Source: Nibricoccus sp.
GTDB lineage: Bacteria > Verrucomicrobiota > Verrucomicrobiia > Opitutales > Opitutaceae
Assembly (NCBI GenBank): GCA_047602425.1
Contig: JASGHG010000001.1
Span: forward strand, 3,392,001 to 3,456,000
Length of the DNA: 64,000 nt
Direction of reading: 5' to 3'
Shown here: positions 21,403 through 30,771 of the stretch, in pieces
Position numbering within the stretch: position 1 is the stretch's first letter
How the letters are laid out: each line of letters starts with the position of its first letter
Notes under the pieces: model-generated
What the model was told of the DNA's origin: nothing
The model's database searches: none
What the model saw: the letters and a program-made list of their open reading frames with translations, nothing else
Program-made: the position numbers and the translations under genes

Positions 21403-22989
21403 ATGAGCCCAAACGACCGCGATTTACTTCTGCGATTTGCGCGAAACGGCGATCAAGACGCCTTTGGTGTGTTAGTGCGGCAGTATATTGGGCTCGTTTA
21501 TCATTCCGCGCTCCGCAGCGTTGGCGATGCGCATGCGGCGGAAGACATCGCTCAACAGGTTTTCACCCTGCTTGCGCGGAAGGCCGCCAAGGTTTGCAGC
21601 CACGAAACGCTTATTGGCTGGTTGCACACGACGACGCGATTGGAGGCTCATCAATTTCTACGTCGCGAGCGGCGGCGCGCTGCTCGCGAAAAGGAGGCGT
21701 TAATGCACGATGATCTTCCCAGTCCAAATCCAGTGCAAGATTGGGAAAGATTACGGCCGGTGATCGACGTAGCGTTGGATCAACTGCGCGCTACGGATCG
21801 CGACGCCGTGCTGATGCGCTTTTTCAACAACCAGTCGTTTGCTGCCATCGGCGAACAGCTCGGTATGACGGAAAATGCCGCGCGCATGCGGGTTGACCGC
21901 GCGCTGGACAAATTGAACGGGATATTGAGTTCCAGAAAAATTACCACGGTCTCGCTTGCAGCAGCTCTGGCGACAGAAGCAGTCGCAGCAAGCACACCAC
22001 CTGCCTTGGCGGCTCAGGTGAGCGCGCAGGCTCTGACTGGCGCTATGCTGGGTGCGGGCAGCGGTATCACAGCAACCATCTTTACCATGACAACCTCATC
22101 AAAAATCATTGTGGTCGCGAGCTGTATTCTGGTGGCGATTGGAGCCGGTTCGGCATTTTACGAAAGACGTCAACTGGCGGAGTCGCGTGCTCAGTTCACT
22201 GCCATCAAGCATCAGATCGAGTTGGCGCATGCAGACGAAAAGGTGGACAAAGTTCGTATTGCCTCACTCGAAAAAGAACTGGCGAATGCGAAGCTTGCGC
22301 AAAACGGCGTAATTAAACCGCCCTCGATGCCGGTGCCACGTGCGCAGTTGTGGTATAGCAATCCAGAGTACGCGCGGCTGTCGCTAGAACAATTTCGCGC
22401 CTCGTTGTCCGGCAAATATGGCCCGTTGTATCGGGCAATGCATCTTTCCAGTGACCAAATTGCAGCATTCGAAGCGATTCAGGTGGAATGTCAGCAGGGT
22501 GTGATCGATATCTGGGCGGCGGCAGAATCGCAGGGAATTGCTTCGGGGAGTGACAACTCGGCGAGCACTTCTGTGGCGCGGATGACCTCGGCTCCGGTGA
22601 CTCTTCGTGATGAAAAACTGAAGGCGTTACTAGGTGACGACAACATGAAGCAATATGTTGATTACGATGGCCTGAAAGGGCGTCCCGCGGTGACTTTTGT
22701 TCCGATGCTGGCGGGTGATTTATACACAGCTGGAACGCCCCTTGCGGTAAATCAAGGCGATCAACTTCGACAAACCATTGTGAACCACACCAAGGTTACG
22801 AAAGAGCCGATGGCGAGCGATGGAGGAACCCCTATTTATAGGATCGTATCACAGACTGACTGGAATGCTGTGGCTGAAGATGCCGGTGCATTCCTATCTG
22901 AAGAGCAACTAGCTGTTTTGAAAAAAAGAACGGCGGTTGAAGCCGCCGATGCGCAGTTGAAACAAATGAATCGTGCATCCGCCAAATGA
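21403..22989 (+). CDS. ECF sigma-70 factor with a long C-terminal extension (TM helix plus extracytoplasmic domain)
   Basis: Region 2 AEDIAQQVF...LIGWL; region 4 IGEQLGMTENAARMRVDRAL; TM segment KIIVVASCILVAIGAG followed by about 270 aa. Confidence 0.9.
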   Translation: MSPNDRDLLLRFARNGDQDAFGVLVRQYIGLVYHSALRSVGDAHAAEDIAQQVFTLLARKAAKVCSHETLIGWLHTTTRLEAHQFLRRERRRAAREKEALMHDDLPSPNPVQDWERLRPVIDVALDQLRATDRDAVLMRFFNNQSFAAIGEQLGMTENAARMRVDRALDKLNGILSSRKITTVSLAAALATEAVAASTPPALAAQVSAQALTGAMLGAGSGITATIFTMTTSSKIIVVASCILVAIGAGSAFYERRQLAESRAQFTAIKHQIELAHADEKVDKVRIASLEKELANAKLAQNGVIKPPSMPVPRAQLWYSNPEYARLSLEQFRASLSGKYGPLYRAMHLSSDQIAAFEAIQVECQQGVIDIWAAAESQGIASGSDNSASTSVARMTSAPVTLRDEKLKALLGDDNMKQYVDYDGLKGRPAVTFVPMLAGDLYTAGTPLAVNQGDQLRQTIVNHTKVTKEPMASDGGTPIYRIVSQTDWNAVAEDAGAFLSEEQLAVLKKRTAVEAADAQLKQMNRASAK

Positions 22990-23049
22990 GTTTGTCGGTA
23001 GGCGCGGATTGGATTGTTTCCGGTTTCAGTGAAAGGTCTGTGAAGAGAA

Positions 23050-23085
23050 AACAAAATGCCCGCACCGAGGTGCGGGCTTGGTTTT
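23050..23085. terminator. Bidirectional terminator
   Basis: GCCCGCACC-GA-GGTGCGGGC hairpin (23058-23077) flanked by A-rich and T-rich tracts, between convergent genes. Confidence 0.8.
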
Positions 23086-23106
23086 GAAGAGTAAACCAGA
23101 AAATGG

Positions 23107-25497
23107 TTAGCCGAGGGTGGCGACGATTTTGCTGCCGTCTTTTAGCTTTTCGAGCGGAATGAAGTTTCCGTCGATCGACTTGCCGTCGACGGTGAGGGAC
23201 TTCACGCCTTTGCAGATATTGGATGGGTTCTTGACTTCGATCTTCAGGGTTTTGCCACGGAAGACGCGGGTCATTTTGAAACCGGGCCAGGCCTTGGGAA
23301 TGCACGGGTCGATGCGCAGGCCGTCGACTTCCGGGCGGACGCCGAGGATCCATTGCAGCGCAGTATGGTGGCTCCACGAGGCGGTGCCGGAGAGCCACGG
23401 AACACGGGATTTGCCGGCGTTGCGGTTGCAGGTCGCGTAGGTCGTCTGGCAGTGGACGTACGGCTCGATCTCGCGGACTTCCGCGCGGGTGTTGTACGCC
23501 GACGGCATGAAGGCGCGGTAGTATTCGTAGGCCTGGTCGCCGTTGCCGAGCAGACATTCGGCGATGACGGCCCAGCTTTGCGTGTGGCAGAAGATGCCGG
23601 CGTTTTCCTTGATGCCGTGGTTGTAGATTACACCGCCCATGATGGTCGGGGGCGTGTTGGTGAACGGCGGCGCACTGAGCATGATGCCGTAGGGCGTGGC
23701 GAGGTCGCGCTTGAGGGCGTCCATCGCGCTGCGGCCCTGCGTGGGCGCGGCGGCGCCGGACATGACGGCGAAGACCTGCGTATTGATGTAGACCTTTCCT
23801 TCGGTTTCGGTTTTCGAACCGTAGCGATGGCCGTCGGGCCCGATCGCCCAGAGGAACCATTCGCCGTCCCAGGCGGCCTTCTGGATATTGGCTTCGAGCT
23901 TGGTCTGCTCGGCGCGGGCCGAAGTGGCCTCGGCAGGGAGGCCGAGTTTTTCGGCGATCTCGGCGTATTTGAAAAGACCATACCGGAGCTGGAAGGCGAC
24001 CATGACGGACTCGCCGTTGTAGCCCATCTTCACGCAGTCGTTCCAGTCGGCGTGGAGGCCGCAGGGCAAACCGTTGGCACCGGAACGTTCGAGATTGAAC
24101 TCGAGGGCGCGGCGCATGTGTCCGAAGACCGTGGCTTCGCCTTGGTCGGCGTAGGGGAGAACCTTTTTGTAGAAATCGAAGTCCCCGGTTTCCGCCACGT
24201 AGTCAGGGATCGAATTGAAGAACCACTGGCAATCGTCCGAACGATACTCTTCGCGCTTGGGCGGCTGCATCTTGCCTGGCGTGTGGTTAAACGGCTGCAC
24301 GACGGGCATGGCGCCGCCGTTGGAAACCTGACCGGTGAGCATGAGCTCGAGGCGGCCGCGAATGCCGTCCTTGAGATGCGGCATGGCGCCGAGGAAATCC
24401 TGCACGGTGTCGCGGTAGCCGAGGCCGTCGCGTTCGCCGTTGTAGATCATCGAGGCGTGGCGCGACCAGGCGTAGGTGATGAGAGCGTTGTAGCCGCCCC
24501 AGACATTGGCCATGGAGTCGAACTCGGCGTCGGGTGTCTCCACCTTCACGCCGGCGAGCAGGCCGTGCCAGTGGGCCTTGAGCTTGGTGAATTCCTCTTC
24601 GCAGCGGGCGGAGTTGCCGAACTCGGCGATCGTGGCAAAGCCGTGTGTATCCGGCTGGCCCATACCGAGCATGACGATGAGCTCGCGGGTTTCGCCGGGA
24701 GCGAGTTCGAGGTCAGCCTTGAACGTGCCGCAACCGTTTTCGCCCTCGGCGAGGAAGTTGGAGCACTTGCCGTCAATCACGCCCTGCGGATTGGCGTAGG
24801 TGTTGTAGACGGAGCCGAAGAAGTTCTCGCGGACCGTCTCATAGCCAGCGATCGGCGCGCCGGTGAGTGTCATCCACGTGCGGCCCGCGGAGCCGAGGAA
24901 ATTGTTTGGATCAAACTTGTAGTACGGGTGCATCGCCATGCCGAGCACGCCGTTGTTCATCTCGGCCTTGATGATGAACTGAGAATACTGGAGATTCGTC
25001 AGGTCGTTGGGCATGTTCCAACAGCTGGCGAACTCGCAGTAGGTGAAGACGGAGATCTTGCGCGGCTTCTTGGACTTGTTGGTGACCTTCAGGCGCCAGT
25101 ATTCGAACGTCTGGCCGAGTGGGACGAAGTAGGTGCTCTCGGTCTCGATCGCGGCGTAGCGCGATTCGATGACGGTGTAGGCGGTGCCGTGACGGCAGGT
25201 GCTCTTGTACTTGGAGAGTGGTTTGCCAACGGGCTGCCAGGAGGAGGACCAGTAGTCGCCATCCTCGTTGTCACGGAGGTAGAAATAGCGTCCGGGCTGG
25301 TCCATTGGCACGGAGTTGGAGCGCGAGCGGAGGAAGCGGCCGTTGAGGGCGCTCTTGTAGAAGCTGTAGCCGCCGGCGCTGTTGGTGATGATGGCGCCGT
25401 ACTCGGTTGAGCCGAGGTAATTACTCCAAGGACGCGGAGTGTCGGGACGCGTGATGACGTATTCCTTGGCTTTGTCGTCGAAATGGCCGAATTGCAT
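23107..25497 (-). CDS. GH94 glycoside phosphorylase (chitobiose/cellodextrin phosphorylase-like; substrate uncertain)
   Basis: GHFDD...PWSNYLG, GLGYRDTVQD, SDD, ADWND, KENAGIFCH and WLSGT motifs. Confidence 0.9.
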   Translation of the reverse strand: MQFGHFDDKAKEYVITRPDTPRPWSNYLGSTEYGAIITNSAGGYSFYKSALNGRFLRSRSNSVPMDQPGRYFYLRDNEDGDYWSSSWQPVGKPLSKYKSTCRHGTAYTVIESRYAAIETESTYFVPLGQTFEYWRLKVTNKSKKPRKISVFTYCEFASCWNMPNDLTNLQYSQFIIKAEMNNGVLGMAMHPYYKFDPNNFLGSAGRTWMTLTGAPIAGYETVRENFFGSVYNTYANPQGVIDGKCSNFLAEGENGCGTFKADLELAPGETRELIVMLGMGQPDTHGFATIAEFGNSARCEEEFTKLKAHWHGLLAGVKVETPDAEFDSMANVWGGYNALITYAWSRHASMIYNGERDGLGYRDTVQDFLGAMPHLKDGIRGRLELMLTGQVSNGGAMPVVQPFNHTPGKMQPPKREEYRSDDCQWFFNSIPDYVAETGDFDFYKKVLPYADQGEATVFGHMRRALEFNLERSGANGLPCGLHADWNDCVKMGYNGESVMVAFQLRYGLFKYAEIAEKLGLPAEATSARAEQTKLEANIQKAAWDGEWFLWAIGPDGHRYGSKTETEGKVYINTQVFAVMSGAAAPTQGRSAMDALKRDLATPYGIMLSAPPFTNTPPTIMGGVIYNHGIKENAGIFCHTQSWAVIAECLLGNGDQAYEYYRAFMPSAYNTRAEVREIEPYVHCQTTYATCNRNAGKSRVPWLSGTASWSHHTALQWILGVRPEVDGLRIDPCIPKAWPGFKMTRVFRGKTLKIEVKNPSNICKGVKSLTVDGKSIDGNFIPLEKLKDGSKIVATLG

Positions 25498-25543
25498 GGT
25501 CGGTAGGGAAAAGTTAGGGTTTTAAAAAGGACGAGACCGCAAG

Positions 25544-25587
25544 GTGAGCCGCGGTAAACGCGGCGCGCCCGGCGGTCGCGCCCTACC
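25544..25587 (-). repeat. GTAG-type REP-like element
   Basis: Minus strand reads GGTAGGGCGCGACCGCCGGGCGCGCCGCGTTTACCGCGGC: GTAG tetranucleotide followed by a GC-rich imperfect hairpin. Confidence 0.7.
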
Positions 25588-25598
25588 TGTGAATGTGT

Positions 25599-28046
25599 TT
25601 AGCCGAGGGCGACTTCGACTTTGACGTTGGTCGTGCCGGCGGCGGGCGTGGGGATGAGGTTGCCCTCTACCTTCACACCGTCGACGACGAGCGACTTCAC
25701 GCCTTTGCTCTTACCCTTCGGGTTTTTGATCTCGATCTGGTAAGTGACGCCACGGAACTTTCGAGTCACGCTGTAGCTCTTCCATTTCTTCGAGATGCAC
25801 GGATCGATGCGCAGGCCATCGAAGTCGGGACGCACGCCGAGGATGTATTGGCTGGCGACGACGAACGACCAGGCGCCGGTGCCGGTGAGCCAGGAGTTTT
25901 TGCCTTCGCCCTGCTTAGGTGCGAACTGCGAGGACGTCATCTGGGCGTAGACGTAGGGCTCGGAGCGATACACGTCGTGGTCGGGTTTGGCGGCGGGGCA
26001 GATGCTAAGGTAGTACTCAAGGGCCTTGTCGCCTTCGCCGAACATCGTCCAACCGATGTGAATCCAGGTGTTGTTGTGCGAGAACACGCCGGCGTTTTCC
26101 TTATAACCAGGAGGATAGGAGGAAACTTCGCCGAGTTCGAGGTGGTACTCGGAGTACGGCGGATATTGGAGCGCGCAGCCCTTGTCGGACGTGTAGAGAT
26201 ATTTATCGACTGCCTTGAGCGCTTTCAGGGCGCGGCCGTTGTCCTGACCGGCGCCGCCGAGCACGCACCACGCCTGGCTCTCGATGAAGATCTTGCCTTC
26301 CTTGCAGGACTTGGAGCCGACGGGGTTGCTGAAGTTGTCGAACGCGCGGGTGTACCAGTCGCCGTCCCAAGCTTGGCTCTCGACGATGGCTAGCATTTCG
26401 GCGTGGTAGCCGTCGATGCGGGCGGCTTCGTTTTCCTGTTTCAGGAAGCGGTAGCAGGCGGCGAGGTCCTTGCAGGCGTAGAGGAAGAGGCCGGCGATCA
26501 TAACCGACTCGGCGACGTCGCCCTTGGCCTTGTTGGCGGTGTTCTGGAAGGACTCGTTGGGCTGGTCGGAGAAGCAGTTGAGGTTAAGACAGTCGTTCCA
26601 GTCGGCGCGGCCGATGAGCGGCAGATTGTGCGGGCCCTTGTTGCGGCGCGTGTAGGCGATGGAAATTTCCAGGTGGTCGCGCAGCGTGTGCTTCGAGCCG
26701 GGGATGTCGGCGCAGCCGATCTGCTCGTCGAGGATCGTGGCGTCGCCGGTCTCGCGGATGTACGAGCAGGTCGAGAGGATCAGCCAGAGCGGGTCATCGT
26801 TGAAGCCGGAGCCGGCGTCGGCGTTGCCCTTCTTGGTGAGCGGCTGGTATTGGTGATAGCAAGTGCCGTCGGAAAGCTGTGTGGCGGCGATGTCGAGGAT
26901 GCGCTGGCGAGCGCGGTCGGGAAGGAGGTGGACGAAACCGAGCACGTCCTGGTTGGAGTCGCGGAAGCCCATGCCGCGGCCGATGCCGGTTTCGTAGCCG
27001 GAGGCGGAGCGGGAGAGGTTGAACGTGGCCATGACCTGCGCCTGATTCCAGGTGTTGACCATGCGGGCGAGGGGCTCGCTGGGGACGTTGGAACTTTGGT
27101 AGATGGAGAGCAGTTCGTTCCAGCGCTGCTTGACGGACGCGAACGCGGCGTCGACGGCGGCGAGGTCGGAGAACTTGGCGAGGATTTCGCGGCCCTTCGT
27201 CTTGTTCATCACGAACGGGGCGTCGAACTTGGGTAGATCGCCCTGGTCAATGTAGGCGAGGACGAAGGCGAACGTCTCCTCCTGACCGGGCTTGAGCGAG
27301 AGATTGATCTGGTGGGCGCCGCAGGGATTCCAGCCGTAGGCGCGAGAGTTGGTGCACTTGCCGGCGAGGACGGCCTTCGGGTCGCCGAGGCTGTTGTGCA
27401 CGCCGACGAAGGCGTCGCGTGAGGTGTCGTAGCCGTCGATTTTGCGCGTGCAGCCGAAGAGGGCGTAGTGGTTGCGACGCTCGCGGTACTCGGTCTTGTG
27501 GTAGATTGCGCTGCCCTCGATCTCGACTTCGCCGATCGAGTAGGTGCGCTGGTAGTTCGTCATGTCGTTAAGCGCCTCGAAGGAGCAGAATTCGACGAAC
27601 GAAAAGAGACTGAGCTTCTGGGGTTTCTTGGTCTTGTTACGAACCGAAACTTTCCAAACCTCCACATTTTGCTGCGGCGGGACGAACATCAGTTGTTCGA
27701 CCTCGATGCCGTCCTTGCGGCCGGTGATGCGGGAGTAGCCGAGGCCGTGGCGGCACTCGAACTTGTCGAGCTTGGTGCGGGTGGGCTTCCAGCCGGGGTT
27801 CCAGATCGACTTACCCTGCTTCACATAGAGGAAGCGGCCGTCGCTATCCATCGGGTTGTTGTTGTAGCGATAACGCGTGAGACGACGGAGCTTGGCGTCC
27901 TTCCAGAAAGTGTAACCGCCTGCGGTCTGCGTGACCATGCCGAAGAACTCGTCCTGGCCGAGGTAATTGAGCCACGGCAAGGGAGTGTCGGGGCGAGTAA
28001 TGACAAATTCGCGGTTGGCGTCGTCGAAGTGACCGTAGTTGGACAT
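25599..28046 (-). CDS. GH94 cellobiose phosphorylase-like protein
   Basis: RRLTRYRYNN, TEYRERRNH, SRSAS-ETGIGRGMGFRDSNQD, DWNDCLNLNCFS, YPPGYKENA and WLTGT motifs. Start MSNYGHFDD at 28046. Confidence 0.92.
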   Translation of the reverse strand: MSNYGHFDDANREFVITRPDTPLPWLNYLGQDEFFGMVTQTAGGYTFWKDAKLRRLTRYRYNNNPMDSDGRFLYVKQGKSIWNPGWKPTRTKLDKFECRHGLGYSRITGRKDGIEVEQLMFVPPQQNVEVWKVSVRNKTKKPQKLSLFSFVEFCSFEALNDMTNYQRTYSIGEVEIEGSAIYHKTEYRERRNHYALFGCTRKIDGYDTSRDAFVGVHNSLGDPKAVLAGKCTNSRAYGWNPCGAHQINLSLKPGQEETFAFVLAYIDQGDLPKFDAPFVMNKTKGREILAKFSDLAAVDAAFASVKQRWNELLSIYQSSNVPSEPLARMVNTWNQAQVMATFNLSRSASGYETGIGRGMGFRDSNQDVLGFVHLLPDRARQRILDIAATQLSDGTCYHQYQPLTKKGNADAGSGFNDDPLWLILSTCSYIRETGDATILDEQIGCADIPGSKHTLRDHLEISIAYTRRNKGPHNLPLIGRADWNDCLNLNCFSDQPNESFQNTANKAKGDVAESVMIAGLFLYACKDLAACYRFLKQENEAARIDGYHAEMLAIVESQAWDGDWYTRAFDNFSNPVGSKSCKEGKIFIESQAWCVLGGAGQDNGRALKALKAVDKYLYTSDKGCALQYPPYSEYHLELGEVSSYPPGYKENAGVFSHNNTWIHIGWTMFGEGDKALEYYLSICPAAKPDHDVYRSEPYVYAQMTSSQFAPKQGEGKNSWLTGTGAWSFVVASQYILGVRPDFDGLRIDPCISKKWKSYSVTRKFRGVTYQIEIKNPKGKSKGVKSLVVDGVKVEGNLIPTPAAGTTNVKVEVALG

Positions 28047-28104
28047 AGGAGGTGGTTGTGAAGAGGGAAAAATTCTGGAAAGAGGAAGAAAAGAAATCGG
28101 CGAA

Positions 28105-29016
28105 TTAGCGGGCGGGCGGGGTGGCCTCGATGTAAATCGTGCTGGAGCAGTGACCGGTCGCATCGCCCGTGAGCGTGGGAGTCAGTTGTTCGAGTTCGGC
28201 GAGATCGTGAGATTTATTTCCAACCCAGACCTGGCTGAGATAGCCGTGGTCGGGAGCGTCATTTGTGGCGACGGTCGAGGGTCCGGGAATGACGGAAAGT
28301 TTCCAGCCCCGGGGTCGATCGATGGATAGCGTCTGCGGATCAAACCCGAGTTTTACCTGCTGGATTTCGCTGCGAATCGTGGCGGTGTCGCCATTGATCG
28401 CGATGGACGGATGTGGCAACTGGATTGGTTTTTCGGGATCGACCATCCGGGCGACGACGAGTCCGGCGGGAACTTCGGCTGTTTTCTTCAGGTGCGTCGT
28501 GATCACGAAAGGCGTATTGACGGCGACAACGTGCAAACCGAAATACGCTTTGCCATTGTCCTTCCAGCGCACCGTGCAACGAAGACGCTTGCCATCCCAG
28601 GCATATTCGCGGGTCAGCGCGGGATAGTCTTTATTGACGTGGGCATGGTGAAGGGTGAGCACGCCCTCTTTGGCGGTGGCGACTTGGATGGAGGCATATT
28701 CCCACTCGGTCGGGGGCGGCCAGACCCAGCGATGTTGCGGTCCGAGCCAGAAACGGTGGCCGCCCTGATTGGGCCACGGATTGTTTGGCGACGGGCGGAG
28801 AAGCGGGAGCGGGGCGTTTATGAGGTTAAGCGAACCATCCTCCGCACCCAAATAGATCAGCCGGGAGCGGGCCTCGGTAACGATGGCGCGGACGCCCTGC
28901 TGGGTGGAGGTCCAGGCGGCTTCGCCGTGCCAGTCGGATTTTTCCCAAGTCGCAGTGGTCGCTAGGGACGCGAGAGACGTCATGATAAAAAGGAAAAATG
29001 GAGCGACACCTTTCAA
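28105..29016 (-). CDS. Exported hypothetical protein (DUF4380/mutarotase-like beta-sandwich; tentative)
   Basis: Signal-peptide-like N-terminus; GGHRFWLGPQ...WPPP and ELEQL motifs; co-oriented upstream of the GH94 pair. Confidence 0.6.
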   Translation of the reverse strand: MKGVAPFFLFIMTSLASLATTATWEKSDWHGEAAWTSTQQGVRAIVTEARSRLIYLGAEDGSLNLINAPLPLLRPSPNNPWPNQGGHRFWLGPQHRWVWPPPTEWEYASIQVATAKEGVLTLHHAHVNKDYPALTREYAWDGKRLRCTVRWKDNGKAYFGLHVVAVNTPFVITTHLKKTAEVPAGLVVARMVDPEKPIQLPHPSIAINGDTATIRSEIQQVKLGFDPQTLSIDRPRGWKLSVIPGPSTVATNDAPDHGYLSQVWVGNKSHDLAELEQLTPTLTGDATGHCSSTIYIEATPPAR

Positions 29017-29492
29017 AGCGGGGCGTTGGGGTTGAAGTTGGGCGAAGCTGCGGGCAGGTGATCGGAAATGGAGGAAGGCTGGAACAGGTAAGCTTGGTGA
29101 AGGCGCGGACGGCTGGAGGGGGCTTTTTCAGGCGAACGATTTAAGGCTAAATCTAAAGTCTCACGGGAGGGCAAGAAAGTTTCGCTGTTATTTCTTCTTC
29201 TCGCGGTCGTGGTACGGCTGGCGTGGTTATGATGGCCGAAGTCGATTCGTGGGGATTTGCGGGCGAAGGAGATGTTCATAAAGCGGGTGGGTCAGCGATG
29301 TTGGCGCGGGTCTGGCCGCAGAAGATTGCGGATGAAAACGCCGGTTTGTCGCACACCGCGAGGGGACGCGACCCCGCCGCTAGTATGACGTTAGAGGAAA
29401 AGAGACCGCGATTTGGGCGCGGGGTGGAGCGCCCGGCAGCTCCTCAGTCGAGAACGGCGATGCGGGTTCTCTCGGTTATGTTAGCAACCGCA

Positions 29493-29720
29493 TTATCTGG
29501 CGGACCCGAGACCGCTCCAAAAATATACGATCCAGTTGTGCCAGAATCGATGTTCCGACGCATTGCGCGCCTGCTCTGCGCCGTCGGTTCTTTGACTTTC
29601 GACGCGCTCGATTGCGGTCGCAGAAACTGCAGCGTTGGCCGTGGATTTCTTTGGCGTGGTCGAACAGCCGACTCCGCAGAGCACGCAGAGCAAAATAGAT
29701 ATCTGCACGGTTTGGCGCAT
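29493..29720 (-). CDS. Small putative lipoprotein
   Basis: MRQTVQISILLCVLCGVGC with a lipobox-like VGC; a hairpin plus T-tract lies downstream (about 29397-29422). Confidence 0.55.
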   Translation of the reverse strand: MRQTVQISILLCVLCGVGCSTTPKKSTANAAVSATAIERVESQRTDGAEQARNASEHRFWHNWIVYFWSGLGSAR

Positions 29721-29805
29721 TCTTTTACGTCATCTGGAGCATACCGGATGTTCCCCGTCAACTCACGGTAACGTCGGTGGTGAGCACCGAACAGGGTGAA
29801 AGGTG

Positions 29806-30525
29806 TTATTTTTCCGCCGCTGGCGGCACGGGCATGCGAGAGAAGACGAGCGTCGCGGCCAGTTCGGTGGCTTCACTGAGATGAACGCGGCTGGTGTCGA
29901 TCACCAAGTCGTACGCGTTGGGATCGGCAATGTTGGCGTTAAAATGAGTCCGTACGTAGCGTTCGCGGGCGAGATCGCGCTTGGCGTTATAGCCAGTGGC
30001 CTCGGTTTCATCCATTTGTTGCAAGCGCGCGATATGCTTTGCGCGGTGTGGGACGGGGCCAACGAGGCGCACATGCACGCCGTGAGAGATTCCGGCGGTG
30101 GCGAAATTTGCTCCACGACCGACGAAGATCGCGAAGCCGCCGCGGGCGAGGCGACGCATGAGCTCGTTGGCTTTTTGCACGAGGTCCCAGAGATTCGGAT
30201 GCAGGCCGACGAGCTCGCCGACGGCCGCGGAAATTTCGGGAATTTTGTCCTCGGGGAGAAAACGCGCGAGGCGGGGTGAAAGTTGGTGCGATTGCAACAT
30301 CTCCTCGATGAGATTGCCGGTGTAGACGGTCCATTGAGGCGCGTCGGGAAGATGAGCATTGAGGCGGAGCGCGAGAGCACGGGCGAGAGTGGATCCGCCG
30401 GCGCCGGATTCGCGCGAGATGGTGACGAAGGGACCTTCGGCTCTGCTGGCCCAAGGGACGCCGGTGTTGCCTATATGTGCATGCAAATAGGCGCCGGCCG
30501 TTTCCAAACCGGGGTGCGTTTTCAT
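29806..30525 (-). CDS. Cytidylate kinase-like family protein
   Basis: VTISRESGAGG P-loop variant, IFVGRGANF, HVRLVGP and YDLVIDT motifs. Confidence 0.9.
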   Translation of the reverse strand: MKTHPGLETAGAYLHAHIGNTGVPWASRAEGPFVTISRESGAGGSTLARALALRLNAHLPDAPQWTVYTGNLIEEMLQSHQLSPRLARFLPEDKIPEISAAVGELVGLHPNLWDLVQKANELMRRLARGGFAIFVGRGANFATAGISHGVHVRLVGPVPHRAKHIARLQQMDETEATGYNAKRDLARERYVRTHFNANIADPNAYDLVIDTSRVHLSEATELAATLVFSRMPVPPAAEK

Positions 30526-30771
30526 GGGGATGGCGGGTTGAGCCCGAGCATAGGAACCGCTGCGCCGGGAGCAATGCTGCGTTTGCGGACGACAGCGTCA
30601 GTAGGGCCGCTGTTGGGTATAAATCACATCACGGACACGAGATCTATCCGGCGGGCGAAAAACCGGCAGATCGTTGAAAATTTCGTGTATCTGTCCGATG
30701 GACATTCTGTAACGAATCCGCAATTCTCCGGTCCTTATCACCGGTAGTTTCCCGATAAGGATCCACCTATC

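Noticed and set aside
23353..25410. 685-aa plus-strand ORF (and similar ones at 49349-50350 and 61461-62696)
   Set aside because: Shadow ORFs lying on top of well-supported minus-strand genes (GH94, helicase, fumarase).
29013..29279. 88-aa ORF overlapping the TTG start of the DUF4380-like gene
   Set aside because: Low-complexity Ser/Pro/Arg composition with no motif; more likely promoter or leader DNA.
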